Both the position numbers and the translations under genes were made by a program. The notes below the pieces were generated by a model. That model searched no databases. It was not told the DNA's origin and was given only the letters and a program-made list of their open reading frames with translations. Of a stretch of 64,000 nucleotides of DNA, positions 40,649 to 54,499 are shown piece after piece. Source of the DNA: Octopus vulgaris (taxonomy: Eukaryota); contig OX597827.1 of the NCBI GenBank assembly GCA_951406725.2, positions 62,620,001-62,684,000 on the forward strand, written 5' to 3'. Every line of letters begins with the position of its first letter. Positions within the stretch are counted from its first letter, which is position 1.

Positions 40649-41024
40649 ATATAGTAATTGTGAGTAAGGTGCATTATTTTCGCCGTTAACATATGAATGA
40701 TAGTATCTTATTGTCGATTAAAACTTAAGAAGACAGAGTAAATCCATTTAGAAATGTTAAATTTAAAATTTCACAATACAACAGAAAATAACAAGAAAAG
40801 CGATAAAGTTCACGGTATAGTTTTTTCATGAATTATCATTAAAAAAGAAACAATAGACAGTATATAGTGTAATTTTGAATACAAGAAGACAAACAACTAT
40901 AAGTGTAGAATTAAATTGTCCCTAAGAAAAATGTTCAAATTGTACAATCAATTTTAACAATGAATATATCTATGTACACTTACGCACGCATACACACATA
41001 CATATTATTTTATACTTTTATTCT

Positions 41025-41212
41025 TCTGTTTCAGTCGTTCGACTGCGGCCATGCTGGGGCACCCCCTTTAGTCGAGCAAATTGACCCCAGGACTTATTCT
41101 TTGGAAGCGTAGTACTTATCCTATCGGTCTCTTTTGCCGAACCGCTGAGTTACGGGGACGTAAACACGCCAGCATCGGTTCTCAAGCGATGATGATGATG
41201 ATGATGATGTTG

Positions 41213-41251
<39 letters not shown>

Positions 41252-41464
41252 GTTTCAAACTTTTGCCATAAGACCAGCTATTTTAGAGGAAGGGCCGAAA
41301 CGATTACATCGATCCCAGTACACAACTGGTACTTAATTTTATCAACCCCGAATGGATGAAAGACAAAATCGATCTCTGCGGAATTTGAGCTCAGAACGTA
41401 AAGACGGACGAAATGCCGCTAAACATTTTGTCCGGCATGCTTACAATGCTGTCAATTCACCTTA
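41025..41464 (-). mobile_element. SINE B 3' part, (GAT)n(AAT)n, then SINE A
   Basis: Matches to both consensus sequences. Confidence 0.75.
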
Positions 41465-41544
41465 ATAACAACAAGAACAACAACAGCAACAACAACAACA
41501 ACAACAACAACAATAATAATAATAATTTCACATCTATCTATCTC

Positions 41545-41993
41545 CTCTATATACTGTTGTGTCTGGGGAGAGTCTTGACTGAGAGTCAAGACTATTGAAA
41601 AGGTTGCAAGACGCAACAAAAGTTTTAGGAAAATAAAAATAAGAAATAAGTGGAAATTTCACCGGTGAGTGTGTTAAATTATAAGGCACAAAAAGAAAAT
41701 GACTCTCCCCAGACACAACAGTATATGCTTCAACACACGAACTCACATAAAGAATCTTACAAACCAAATACAAAAACGAAATATGTGACCGCGTGTGTAC
41801 CGTTGGCGATTTTTTTCCCTCCGTCTTCCCTTCTCTGGATCTTTCCTTTTCCTATGTTTCTAACGAAGAGCTCCGCTCGAAACGTAAAAGCCTCCTTCTT
41901 CCATTCCTTCCTGAGCGTCCAATAATACTATATTTGTTCCACGTCCTCGCGTTGTTGTGTTTTCTCTTTGTGTTTTCATGTTTGGATTAACTT
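41545..41993 (+). mobile_element. Penelope-like element end (family F) with inverted 5' segment and degenerate hammerhead
   Basis: 26-bp inverted repeat 41549-41574 / 41701-41726; ttt-CTAACGA-a-gagc-tcc-gctc-GAAA-cg-TA-aaa at ~41857-41889. Confidence 0.65.
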
Positions 41994-42020
41994 TATATAT
42001 ATATATGTATATATATGTAT

Positions 42021-42079
<59 letters not shown>

Positions 42080-42384
42080 TAGAGAAAGGGAGAAGTAAAG
42101 AGTGCCGATAAGAATGTTTAAACTCATGATTTCTGCATTTCTAATACTGGAACTTGTCTTTTTTTTTATATTTAAAAAAAAAAATTACGAATGATTAGGT
42201 GTAAAATCAATGAGATTCAATAATGTAAGTGAATAAAACATGAGAAGGTTGTTTTGTATGTCATCGCACAAATCAGCTACTGTTGTTTAAGCCAAAGACA
42301 CCTCTTAATGAGCTGACCAATGATGAAACATTTAATCTTTGGATTTCTAGTCTTTTATTCAAGCAAAGTTTATGAGGTACTCTT

Positions 42385-42794
42385 TCTCTTTACTCTTTTA
42401 CTTGTTTCAGTCATTTGACTGCGGCCATGCTGGAGCACCGCCTTTAATCGAGCAAATCGACCCCGAGACTTATTCTTTGTAAGCCCAGTATTTATTCTAT
42501 CGGTCTCTTTTGCCGAACCGCTAAGTGACGGGGACGTAAACACACCAGTATCGGTTGTCAAGCGATGTTGGGGGGGGGGGGACAAATACAGACACACAAA
42601 CACACACACGCATATATATATACATATATACGACGGGCTTTTTTCAGTTTCCGTCTACCAAATCCACTCACAAGGCTTTGGTCGGCCCGAGGCTATAGCA
42701 GAAGACACTTGCCCAAGATGCCACGCAGTGGGACTGAACCCAGAACCATGTGGTTGGTTAGCAAGCTACTTACCACACAGCCACTCCTGCGCCT
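42385..42794 (-). mobile_element. SINE family B, full-length
   Basis: Near-consensus copy. Confidence 0.9.
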
Positions 42795-43124
42795 GTGATT
42801 CGTACTGCTGTGTGATTCGTTTACGTCGTCTCTGTAAGCTAGCGGTTCGACAAAGAGATATCGATATAATAAGTACCAGGTCTGAAGAATTCGTACTGGG
42901 GTCGATTTCTTTGACTAAGCCCTTCAAAGAGGTGCCTCAGCATAGTGCTCAGCGGGTACTTATTTTTACCGACATCTAAATGATGAAAGGACAAGTCGAC
43001 CCCGACAACCTTTGAACTCAGAACGTAAAGATGGATGAAATGCAGTTGTGTATTTTGCCCGGTGTGTTAACGATTCTGCCAGCGGGCCACGCACACATCG
43101 ACAAAAAAAAAGCAGAAAAGAAAA

Positions 43125-43385
43125 GCAGGAGTGTCTGTGTGGTAAGCAGCTTGCTTACCAACCACGTGATTTCGGGTTCAGTCCCACTGCGTGGAATCTT
43201 GGAATCCCCCTGCGTGGAATCCCCCTAGCATTGCTTGACAACCGATGCAGGTGTGTTTATGTCCCCGCCACTTAGCAGTTCGGCAAAATAGATAGAAAGA
43301 ATAAGTACTAGGCTTACAAAGAATAAGTCCCGGGGTCGATTTGCTCGACTAAAGGCGTTGCTCCAGCCCGGTCGCAGTCAAATGT
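43125..43385 (+). mobile_element. SINE family B, internally deleted
   Basis: gcaggagtgtctgtgtggtaagcagc...ctgcgtggaatc duplicated at the deletion junction...cgcagtcaaatg. Confidence 0.8.
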
Positions 43386-44449
43386 TACTATATTTATTTG
43401 ATCTGAGACGAGCTTATCTGCTGCTAAAATTTGAGCCAGGATTTTGATTTGAAAACAAACACCTACTTTCTTCCTTTTCTCACAACCGTCTCTGGAACCA
43501 TGTGGACAAACAAAGTATGTCAAAGGCAAAATTGAACTAAATACTACCAAGAAGTAAAAATAAATTTGTTTTAATTTTAATGGTGTTTTTTAAAGAATGA
43601 TGCAGGGATGGGGTTTATTTAGGATATCTAGCTACTGTTTCAAGTAAGTCGGTCAACGGACCACATTGAGAAACTCATCCGTTGTCTTGCGAAAGTATTT
43701 CGTGAAATTATATTTAGAATTGTACTTGCTTAATTTTAAGTTTTCTTTTAAGAATGGTAGATTGTTTATTTAGGATATTTGCTATTTCTAGTAAGATATA
43801 TTTGCTATTTCTAGTAAGTCAATCAACATATCACATCCAGAAACTCACCCGTGGTCTTGCGAAAGTATTTAATAAAATATGCTTAGAATTGTAATACTTT
43901 TGGTAGGCTCAATACTTGCAGGATACAACAACAGCCGGTTAAAATGGAAAAGAAAAAAAGCCATCTGTTTGCTAGAGATCAATGAGTCTATTTCCTTAAA
44001 AGAAGACTTAAATATGTATCTCTTAGGAAATTTAAGCAAACGCTGGCAACAAGATTTAAAAGTAAATATTTAAAGCAGTCAATATTTGATGTATGTAATA
44101 GCATTTGGTCGATTAGTAGCGACAATTTGACCCTTCTCGCTGTCAATGTATTCTCAGTGTTCCAAGAGAAGATCAAACTGTTACATCCTAACAACGTACA
44201 GCATGTATGATTTAACTGCAAAATATCAAATGGTAAAACCAATATTCCATGTAATTTGATAAACATTAAAAGGATATACACAATAAGCACAAGTGTGGCT
44301 GTTTTCTTCCCGACCACATATGGTTTTAGGCCCAGTCCTACAGCGTGGCACATTGGGCAAGCATATTTTAGAATTTCCTCGGGTCGATTAAAGACTCATG
44401 AGTGGATTTGGCAAGCGTGAACAAAAGGCCCACCAAATATATATTTGCA

Positions 44450-44545
<96 letters not shown>

Positions 44546-44550
44546 ATCCT

Positions 44551-44641
<91 letters not shown>

Positions 44642-44656
44642 ATCTATCTAATTTAA

Positions 44657-44700
<44 letters not shown>

Positions 44701-44879
44701 AATTTAAAATATTAAGGGTGAAAAGCTGAATATTTTAAATTTAAATTAAAATATGTTTTCTAAGCGGCAAAATTCACTGCAGAGAATTATTTTCTGTGGA
44801 ATTATTTCCGGTATTGTTGGCGCGCCAAAACGAAGACTTTTGAAATTTAACTCCAAATGTAATTGGTAGAACTATATAC

Positions 44880-45935
44880 ATGTTCAATCTCATGCAGACG
44901 CCTCGTGTATAGTTCTGCAAATTATATTTTGCTATGACAATCTTATGCAGCTACTAACAAACAGTCTCCCTCTTCAGCTTTCCTTTCTACAGCCATAACC
45001 ATGCCTCACTACTACTATTTGCCAAAACTAACTTTGGGAATCTATCACGCAACGCCCTCTCCAGCCAGTCAGATAATTTGTTCTTTTTTCTGTTTTTTAA
45101 GTTCGTTTGGTGTTTTGATTTCCCTGTCTTGCTGTGACACCAGCAGCTTTGAATAAACCTTCTTCACTATTACCTACATAGGAGTCAATATCTACTCTAG
45201 CTAACACCACGTAGTCTTCGACTGATATTAAACCACTTGCGTCATTCTTTCTAGGTAGGAATAATCTTGCTACTCCTGCCCTTGGGGTGGAGTCCTTTAT
45301 TCATATTGAATTCCTTCCTAGTCTCTCTGTTTAGCTTTGCTGATTCAGTTTTTGTCTAATCCACAAAAGCTGCTGAGTATCTAAGTAAGCATACTGCCCA
45401 ACTATTTACAACCTTTACTAGATTCGGACCATTTAGCTATGACTTCATTAACTTCCTCACCCTTCTGATGTACTTCTCAATTTTCGTTTTCATTTCTGTA
45501 GTTAGTACCCTGTCAGATTCTAATACTCCTAGGTACTTATAACTCTCTCCTCCCATCAATTATTTTAATGTCTGACCACCTGGTAATTGGATGCCTTCGC
45601 TCTTGACTATCTGTCCCCTTCTCATGACTAATATTGTACACTTATCTATGCCAAATTCCATGCACACATCTTTGCTGAAGAGTCTTACAGTCTGTATCAT
45701 TTCTTTTTCATTCTTACTAAAAAGTGCTTCAGATCAGCCATGTAGAGCGAATGGTTAGTTTTTCCATTACTATATCTGAACTGTCACCCTGCCTTTGCCT
45801 TCCTTAATACTAAACTGGGGGGGGGGGGGAAGACAAATATTAAAAGGGGACAAGTGCCCCTGAAACATTCCTCTTTTGATATTAACTTTTCCTTAGAGTG
45901 TGTCACCCGAGTAGAGATCTACTCGGATGACACAT
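44880..45935 (-). pseudogene. Decayed R4/Dong-like LINE reverse transcriptase fragment
   Basis: Minus frames: KVNIKRGMFQGHLSP (RT motif B), NHSLYMADLK (YMDD motif), FSKDVCMEFGIDKC, ESYKYLGVLE, KGLHPK, WL*KGKLKRET; many stops and frameshifts; 5' end abuts an (AAT)n(AAC)n run. Confidence 0.85.
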
Positions 45936-45938
45936 ATC

Positions 45939-46015
<77 letters not shown>

Positions 46016-46039
46016 GTTATTATTATTATTATTATTATT

Positions 46040-46515
46040 GAGTGAGAGAGCAGTTCATGCCATCAAAGTGACACTGGGGTAAAATATACGAAGCCCAATA
46101 TACCCATTATGACTACCCGTCTGATAAAGGTACACCAGGCACATGCATCACAACCATATGTGCGCGACATGGTGATCTCATATCAAGATAAACAGCACAT
46201 GACTTTGCAGGTGGGGCCCAGTTAGAATTTTCTTCAGGTTGAGTAGCCCATCCCGCTCAAACGGTCCCTGAATAAGGGTTGTTTAAGGATGTTGAAAAAA
46301 CCACCCATGTTTCCAGAGGTGAATTATTCAAACCCCAAAGAATCCCTCTCAACACATGGCTATGATGCTCCACTACTACTTCTGCTCGTGATCAGAGATG
46401 CACATATCGTCAGCCACTAAAGGACATGCTCAACTGGTTAAGGTCAAGCAACTGACAAGCAAACCTGTGGTATTGAGCAGAATATTTGCTGTAGCCCATC
46501 TTTTATACCAAGACA
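46040..46515 (-). mobile_element. TAA-tailed non-coding retroelement (family X)
   Basis: Flanked on both sides by (TTA)n; homologous to 11876-12160 and 20552-21001. Confidence 0.8.
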
Positions 46516-46581
<66 letters not shown>

Positions 46582-47309
46582 ATTATTATTATTAATATTA
46601 TTATTATTATTATTTCTGTGTTATTGTTTACCAGAAGTCTATTCAAATCGAACCGAATCATGATCAAAAGCGTTCCAACCACGAACATCCTACATTTCTG
46701 TAAACAAAAGGCCATCGTATTGTCATGGAAATTTTCCCTTCGGCCTCTGTCTAAGCAGTAAAACAATGTTATTTGCTTCTTATTTTTGTATATGTTGGGG
46801 TGAAATTTGCGGGGTATTTAGCTGTCATTTCTATAAGGTTGAATGACCAGGTAGAAAGGCTCACTCGTTATTTATGAGAGTTTTAGCGAAATACGTTTGT
46901 AAGAGTAATACTACTTGCATGAGACTTCATATTTGAGAATGCAAAAACATGGATAGTCTTGAATGGAAAGGAAAGTAACTGTTTTATTAAAAAGTTAATG
47001 AGGGCAACTGTTTGAAAGAAAAGTTAAATATGTATCTCTTAGGAAATCTTCAGCAAGCATTGATAATAAAAACAAAAGTAATTATTTAACAAGTCAATAT
47101 TTAATGTATGGTTGCTGAAGAGTTTGGTCTTTTATTTAAGATAATTCCATCCTTATTACTGTCAACAATTCTGCAATATTCCTGCGCAAAACCCAGACTG
47201 TTTCGTAATCGTAGGAATCAATATTTAATATTTAACTGTAAAAGATTAAACAGAACTTTAGAACACAAAATACTGCGTTAATTGCTATGAGAGAACATCT
47301 TATGTGGTG

Positions 47310-47462
47310 TGGGCTTCTAAATACTGGTGTCATATAGCTAGCGGGGGATAATCGATCGCTACTGCTACCGGAACTATCAGATCACTTGATTTCGGCCTTC
47401 CTTGACCGTGTCAGTGGTAGGCGCCCGTGGCTAGAGATAACAGCGATTTCGTTGTCAGCGAC
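47310..47462 (-). mobile_element. Decayed hammerhead repeat, second copy of the 4085-4785 family
   Basis: Minus 47374-47420: ctacca-CTGACAC-ggtc-aaggaa-ggcc-GAAA-tca-ag-tga-TC-tgatag, followed by the shared tcccc(c)gctagct.tat. Confidence 0.5.
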
Positions 47463-47637
47463 ATATATATATATACGACGGGCTTCTTTCAGTTTCCGTC
47501 TACCAAATCCACTCACAAGGCTTTGGTCGGCCCGAGGCTATAGTAGAAGACACTTGCCGAAGGTGCCACGCAGTGGGACTGAACCCTGAACCATGTGGTT
47601 GGTAAGCAAGCTACTTACCACACAGCCACTTCTGCGC
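47463..47637 (-). mobile_element. SINE family B 5' half
   Basis: atacgacgggcttctttcagtttccgtctacc...cagccacttctgcgc. Confidence 0.85.
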
Positions 47638-48202
47638 TTTAGTAGAAAAAAAAAAGGGAAACAAATTCTATGCACGTTCTAAAATTTCATCTGCCTTGGT
47701 GGTCGTTGGCAGGATCATCTTTTAATCACCATTCAGCAGCGACCAATTGCAGTAACAGTCAGAATTCGGACGCAGTCAGTAGTTAGTAGAAGCCGGCAGC
47801 TAACAGCAGTCAGTAACAGTCGACAGCTTCCATATGATCTGAACCAACACACGGGAATATCACTTACACATCATCAAATAACAGCTTGCCTTATTCAGTC
47901 GTTAATAATGAGTCAAACGTTCATTATGCACAGATTCGTAGACACAAGGAGCGCAAAGCTAAATTATAAACTGGACGCAATGATTGGACGTCGTCTATTC
48001 AATTGGAGATGCTCTCCTTTCATGTCGCTGAAACAATAAGTATTAGTAGCAGTAGTAGTAGTAGTAGAAATAGACTGTCTACCTGCAAATGTATATTGGA
48101 CATAATATATGGATTCCACCTGGCACTGGCGTGAAGCTCAATTCTCCAAACGAGCAATTTCAGTTTGAATAAATAAATATATACGTTCAAAAATACGTAC
48201 TG

Positions 48203-48339
<137 letters not shown>

Positions 48340-48429
48340 TGTACACTTAGATATGTAAATACACATACAGTATATATGTAGTTACTATATATACTTGTGA
48401 ATGTGTGTGTATATACATATATATATATG

Positions 48430-48464
<35 letters not shown>

Positions 48465-48483
48465 GAGTATATATATATATATA

Positions 48484-48515
<32 letters not shown>

Positions 48516-48676
48516 GTATATGTATTATATATATATATATATATATATGCATATGTATATTCATACGTGTTTATCTCTCTATCAATCCATCTGTCATCTA
48601 TCTATTTATCTATCTATCTGTCTGTATGTCTGTCTCTCTATCTCTCTTTCTACACACACACACACATACACACACA

Positions 48677-48712
<36 letters not shown>

Positions 48713-48724
48713 GATAGATAGATT

Positions 48725-48805
<81 letters not shown>

Positions 48806-48935
48806 GTAATTGTATGCTCATAGATTTCAATCCGCAGAAATTAGTTGTCCAATACACACTTGAGGGCAAATTCTTTATATTTGATTATATAATTACACAT
48901 GTATACATGCGTGTGCGTGTATGTGTATATGTGTA

Positions 48936-49038
<103 letters not shown>

Positions 49039-49056
49039 CGGTTTGGAGATATATAC

Positions 49057-49088
<32 letters not shown>

Positions 49089-49148
49089 CTGAATATTTCA
49101 TTTGAATGAAACAGTTCTAGTCCTGTAGAAGCTCCTTCTATAACATAA

Positions 49149-49284
<136 letters not shown>

Positions 49285-49352
49285 ACATATATATATATGT
49301 ATATACATATATATATATATATATATACTTATATATATATATATGCATATAC

Positions 49353-49390
<38 letters not shown>

Positions 49391-49751
49391 CGAGACAGAG
49401 AGACAGAATCAGACAGACAGACAGACATACTTGCATACATACTTCTTTCAGCCATAAGTACAAACATGCATGCATACGTACATTCATACCTGAATGCTGG
49501 CATACACACTGATATTTCATCAGCCGGCTGCCAATTATCAATTGTTGACTCCTGCGGTGTGTCAATCACGTATCTCGCGTGGAACGGCCAACTGAAGGTA
49601 CGTTAATGACGGCAGAGATGTACTTTACGGGCGAACAAGGATTCATGCCGATATGTAAAACGCCTTCACCTATCCTGCATCTCCCATAATTAACACAGAC
49701 ACGCGCACGCACGCACATACACACGTGTGTATGTATGCGATTATACATGTG

Positions 49752-49801
<50 letters not shown>

Positions 49802-49902
49802 CTCACACAGGCAGACACGCACACACAATGATACAGAAACTGACAGTCTATTACACACATACATATACATTCACATATCAAATAACGCACGTACGTGTGT
49901 GA

Positions 49903-50023
<121 letters not shown>

Positions 50024-50140
50024 CACATAATTATATCATCAAATGTGAAGAATTTGCCCTCAAATACTTTTTGGACACTTAATTTTAGCGGACCAAATAC
50101 AATGAGCTGACAACACACACACACACACACACACACACCT

Positions 50141-50302
50141 AAGCTCACATTTGCACACACACGCACACACACACAAGCTCACATTTGCACACACACGCAC
50201 ACACACACACATATATATATTTATGTATGTATATATATCATCACAAGTATATATATATATAGTGTGTACATGTGTATGTCTTTCGATGGGTTTACAGTCA
50301 TA

Positions 50303-50338
<36 letters not shown>

Positions 50339-50418
50339 GTTATATATACATATACATATAAGCTCACATTTACACACACACACACAAGCTCACATTTATA
50401 CACACATACACACACACG

Positions 50419-50449
<31 letters not shown>

Positions 50450-50577
50450 TTGTATGTATGTATATATATCACCACAAGTATATATATATAGTGTGTATGT
50501 GTATATCTTTGGATGGGTTTAAAGTAATATACATACATTCATACATACATACATTCATACATACATTCATACATACA

Positions 50578-50613
<36 letters not shown>

Positions 50614-50884
50614 GTTATATATGCATATACATATAAGCTCACATTTACACACGCACACACAAGCTCACATTTATACACACATACACACACACGCACACAC
50701 ATATATATATATATTTGTATGTATGTATATATATCACCACAAGTGTATATATATAGTGTGTATGTGTATATCTTTCGATGGGTTTAAAGTAATATACATA
50801 CATTCATACATACATACATTCATACATACATTCATACATACATACATACACACATACATACACACATACATACATACATACATA

Positions 50885-50916
<32 letters not shown>

Positions 50917-51300
50917 TTAGTTATATATACATATACATATAAGCTCACATTTACACACACACACAAGCTCACATTTATACACACATGCACACACACGCAC
51001 ACACATATATATATATATATATGTATGTATGTATATATATCATCACAAGTGTATATATATAGTGTGTATGTGTATATCTTTCGATGGGTTTACAGTAATA
51101 TACATACATTCATACATACATACATTCATGCATACATTCATACATACATACATACACACATACATACATACACACATACATACATACATACATACATACA
51201 TACATACATACATACATACATAAATACATAAATACATACATATATACATACATACATATGTATAGTTATATATAGATATACGTATAAGCACACATTACAT
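50141..51300. repeat. Complex minisatellite, 4 units of ~220-350 bp built from microsatellites and fixed spacers
   Basis: aagctcacattt...atca(c/t)cacaagt...tctttcgatgggttta recurs with starts at ~50141, 50360, 50634 and 50941. Confidence 0.9.
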
Positions 51301-51702
51301 ATATACACATGTTACTAGAGATTCACACGTCTTCTTGAAATCTTACACTTCAGTTGGGAGAAATTTTTTCACACCAACCGCTTTTCTGGACTTGCGCAGT
51401 GTGTATCTGACTACGTGTCAAACTCTACTGATTGGTAGATAATAGGATTAGACCTGCAGGACGCAAAATAATTGGTCAGTTGGTATGGATAGTACTACAT
51501 GATAGAACTCTTTCAGTAAAAGTTGCGATGGAGAAAGAGAGAGAGAGATTGAGACTGAGAGAGAGAGAATGAAAGAAAGGGAGATGTTGGGGGTGATCGA
51601 CTAATGTATGAGGCAGTGCAAAACAAATGAAAGAAATATGATTGAAAGATTGACAAAGTCAGTCGGTCGGAAGGAGGGATAACTCAGAGAATGAGAAATA
51701 TT

Positions 51703-51706
<4 letters not shown>

Positions 51707-51759
<53 letters not shown>

Positions 51760-52261
51760 TGAGAAAGAAAGAGAGAGAGTGATAAAGAAAGAGTGAGAAA
51801 GAAAGAGAGAAAGAGAGAGAGTGTGAGAAAGAAAGAGAGAGAGAGAGAAAAAGAGAGAGAGAGAAAGAAAGAGAGAGAGAGAGAAAGAAAGAGTGAGAAA
51901 GAAAGAGAGAAAGAGAGAGAGTGTGAGAAAGAAAGAGAGAGAGAGAGAAAAAGAGAGAGAGAGAAAGAAAGAGAGAGAGAGAAAGAAAGAGTGAGAAAGA
52001 AAGAGAGAGAAAGAAAGAGAGAGAAAGAAAGAGAGAGAGAGAGAAAGAGAGACAGTGAGAAAGAAAAAGAGAGTGAGAAAGAAAGAGTGAGAGTGAGAAA
52101 GAAAGAGTGAGAAAGAAAGAGAGAGAAAGAAAGAGAGAGAGAGAGAGAGAAAGAGAGACAGTGAGAAAGAAGGAGAGAGAGAGAGAGAAAGAAAGAAAGA
52201 GAGAGAGAGTGAGAAAGAAGGAAAGAGAGAGAGAGAAAGAAAGAGAGAGAGAGAGTGAGAA

Positions 52262-52305
<44 letters not shown>
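51707..52305. repeat. Purine-rich (GA)n/GAAA/GTGA cryptic minisatellite
   Basis: Direct reading; source of the SLSL/ERER ORFs. Confidence 0.95.
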
Positions 52306-52310
<5 letters not shown>

Positions 52311-52473
52311 AATATAAAGAGAACTGATACCCGGATAAATAGATGTAAGAGAAAGCGAGGGCCCTTTGTAGCACAGTTTAGAAGGAGGCGAAAAGTAACG
52401 AATAGATCCTGAGACAAAATGATATAATAGTTCACTAATATTATTAAGCTGTGTTTAATATATATATATATGC

Positions 52474-52527
<54 letters not shown>

Positions 52528-52544
52528 ATACATACTCTCTTTTT

Positions 52545-52939
52545 CTCTTTTACTCTCTATTACTTGTTTCAGTCATTTGACTGCGGCCATGCTGGAGCAC
52601 CGCCTTTAGTCGAGCAAATCGACCCCCCAGGACTTATTCTTTGTAAGCCTAGTACTTATCCTATCGGTCTCATTTGCCGAACCGCTAAGTTACGGGGACG
52701 TAAACACACCAGCATCGGTTGTCAAGCGATGTTGGGGGGGGGGGGCAAACACAGATGCACAATCATATACACACACATACATATATATATATATACGACA
52801 GGCTTCTTTCAGTTTCCATCTACCAAATCCACTCACAAAGCTTTGGTCGGACCGAGGCTACAGATGCCACGCAGTGGGACTGAACCCGGAACCATGTGGT
52901 TGGTAGCAAGCTGCTTACCACACAGCCACTCCTGCGCCT
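52545..52939 (-). mobile_element. SINE family B
   Basis: Near-consensus copy with a short deletion. Confidence 0.9.
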
Positions 52940-54126
52940 ACATATACATGTGTACATACATATATACATATGAATGTATGTATGTATAAATACATGCACA
53001 CATAATATGAATGTATATATGAATGCACATGTTTCGTAAGAAGTGAACATGTAACTCTGTTCATTTCCTATGTTGTATAAGTGAAAAAAATATTTAACAG
53101 AATGCGTCTCAAGTAGATTAACGAGTAGCTTCAAATACTTGTAAGTTAGACGAGGCTACCGCATAAGTCTCAAGAGGATAAAGCAAAGTTTCAAATTATA
53201 TGAAGAAAATATATGTCCTACTGGCTTAGAATCTCTTCTACAACAAACAGTTGTTTGTTTTGTGACATTTAAACTCATGCAACGGTGTTGAGAAGACAAT
53301 ATTTTCCGTGGCCAGTGAATACATCGCAGTCGGTCATTCGGGTACAGGTATAAAAGTAAGTGAGAATGATTGTTATATCGAAACAGGCGGTATTTATATA
53401 CCACTGGGCTGATGTTGTCTTCAGAAAAAAACATACACCAAAAAAAAAAAAAATACGGAAAGAAAGGGGAAAATGGTTAACTGTACTAAAACATTTACTG
53501 TTAGTAATATAGAATCAGAAATTTTCTCGCAAAAGGGTGAATTCTTCTGAGAGTGGTCAGCATGGAAATAATGTCCTAGAGAATTAGCTTTCACAATAAG
53601 CGTCACAAGAACTCATCAGCGTACACTTAAATGAATAATTCACTTACCTTTGACGCCGGCAGATTATGATATACTACTTGAATTTCCATTGACACACGCA
53701 GTTTAAATGTATTGAGATGTCACAAAATTGTACATACATGATTTTGTGTGTTCCCTTCATCAGCTGCCAAACGAATATCATTATGGCTTCGAATATAAGC
53801 GAATTTCCATACGCCCATGTGTATGTATGTATTAATGTATGTAAATAAATGGGTATGTAAACATATTGGTACATATGGGTATGTATGCATCAATTTGTAT
53901 ATGTATAGCTGTGTCTATGCATGTTTGCATTAGATGTATAAGTAAATGGAGATGGAAACGGAGTGCTTGATATATACGAAAGATAGTTTTATTGATCCGG
54001 AAGGTGGTGAAATGATTGATGGATTGATTGCTGATTAAATGTATAGGTTCGTTCATTTATAAGAAGAAACACGGTAGGTGAAGGAATGGGTTGGAAAATA
54101 AACTCATGTCTACTTATGTATATATA

Positions 54127-54298
54127 TCGGGTCATCCCATAAATAATGCGGTCTTTTTATACTTCTTTTATTTTTGAAAATTAAGATAAACAAATTGTTG
54201 TTTTTTTAATCTAAAATATACTCTCTTTCATTTTCTACAATCCTCTTCTATCTAACTGTTAGATTTGCAAGGCCTTTCTTCCAAAATTCACTTGTTCA
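54127..54298 (-). mobile_element. Mariner transposon 3' end (TIR + transposase C-terminus)
   Basis: TA-flanked tcgggtcatcccataaataatgcgg terminus; minus frame SEFWKKGLANLTVR*KRIVENEREYILD*, the typical mariner C-terminal motif. Confidence 0.7.
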
Positions 54299-54499
54299 TA
54301 ACGAAAAGCACTCCTCCACTACTGTTCTGATCTCGACTACAGAATTCATATGTGAGCGTATGTGTATGTGTATGAAGCTTCATGTCGGTGAATATTTCAT
54401 ATGTCCGCATGGTATGTGTGTAAATTGCAATGGTGTTTGGTATGCGCATAGCAGTTGTTAATAGAAAAGCTATAACATGTATGAATCTATGCGGGTTAT

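Noticed and set aside
53156-53434. 92-aa ORF / possible exon ending at aa|gtaagt (~53375)
   Set aside because: No recognisable homology and no clear acceptor; cannot be supported from sequence alone
53570-53625. Minus-strand CTGATGA...GAAA
   Set aside because: No complementary stems; chance match
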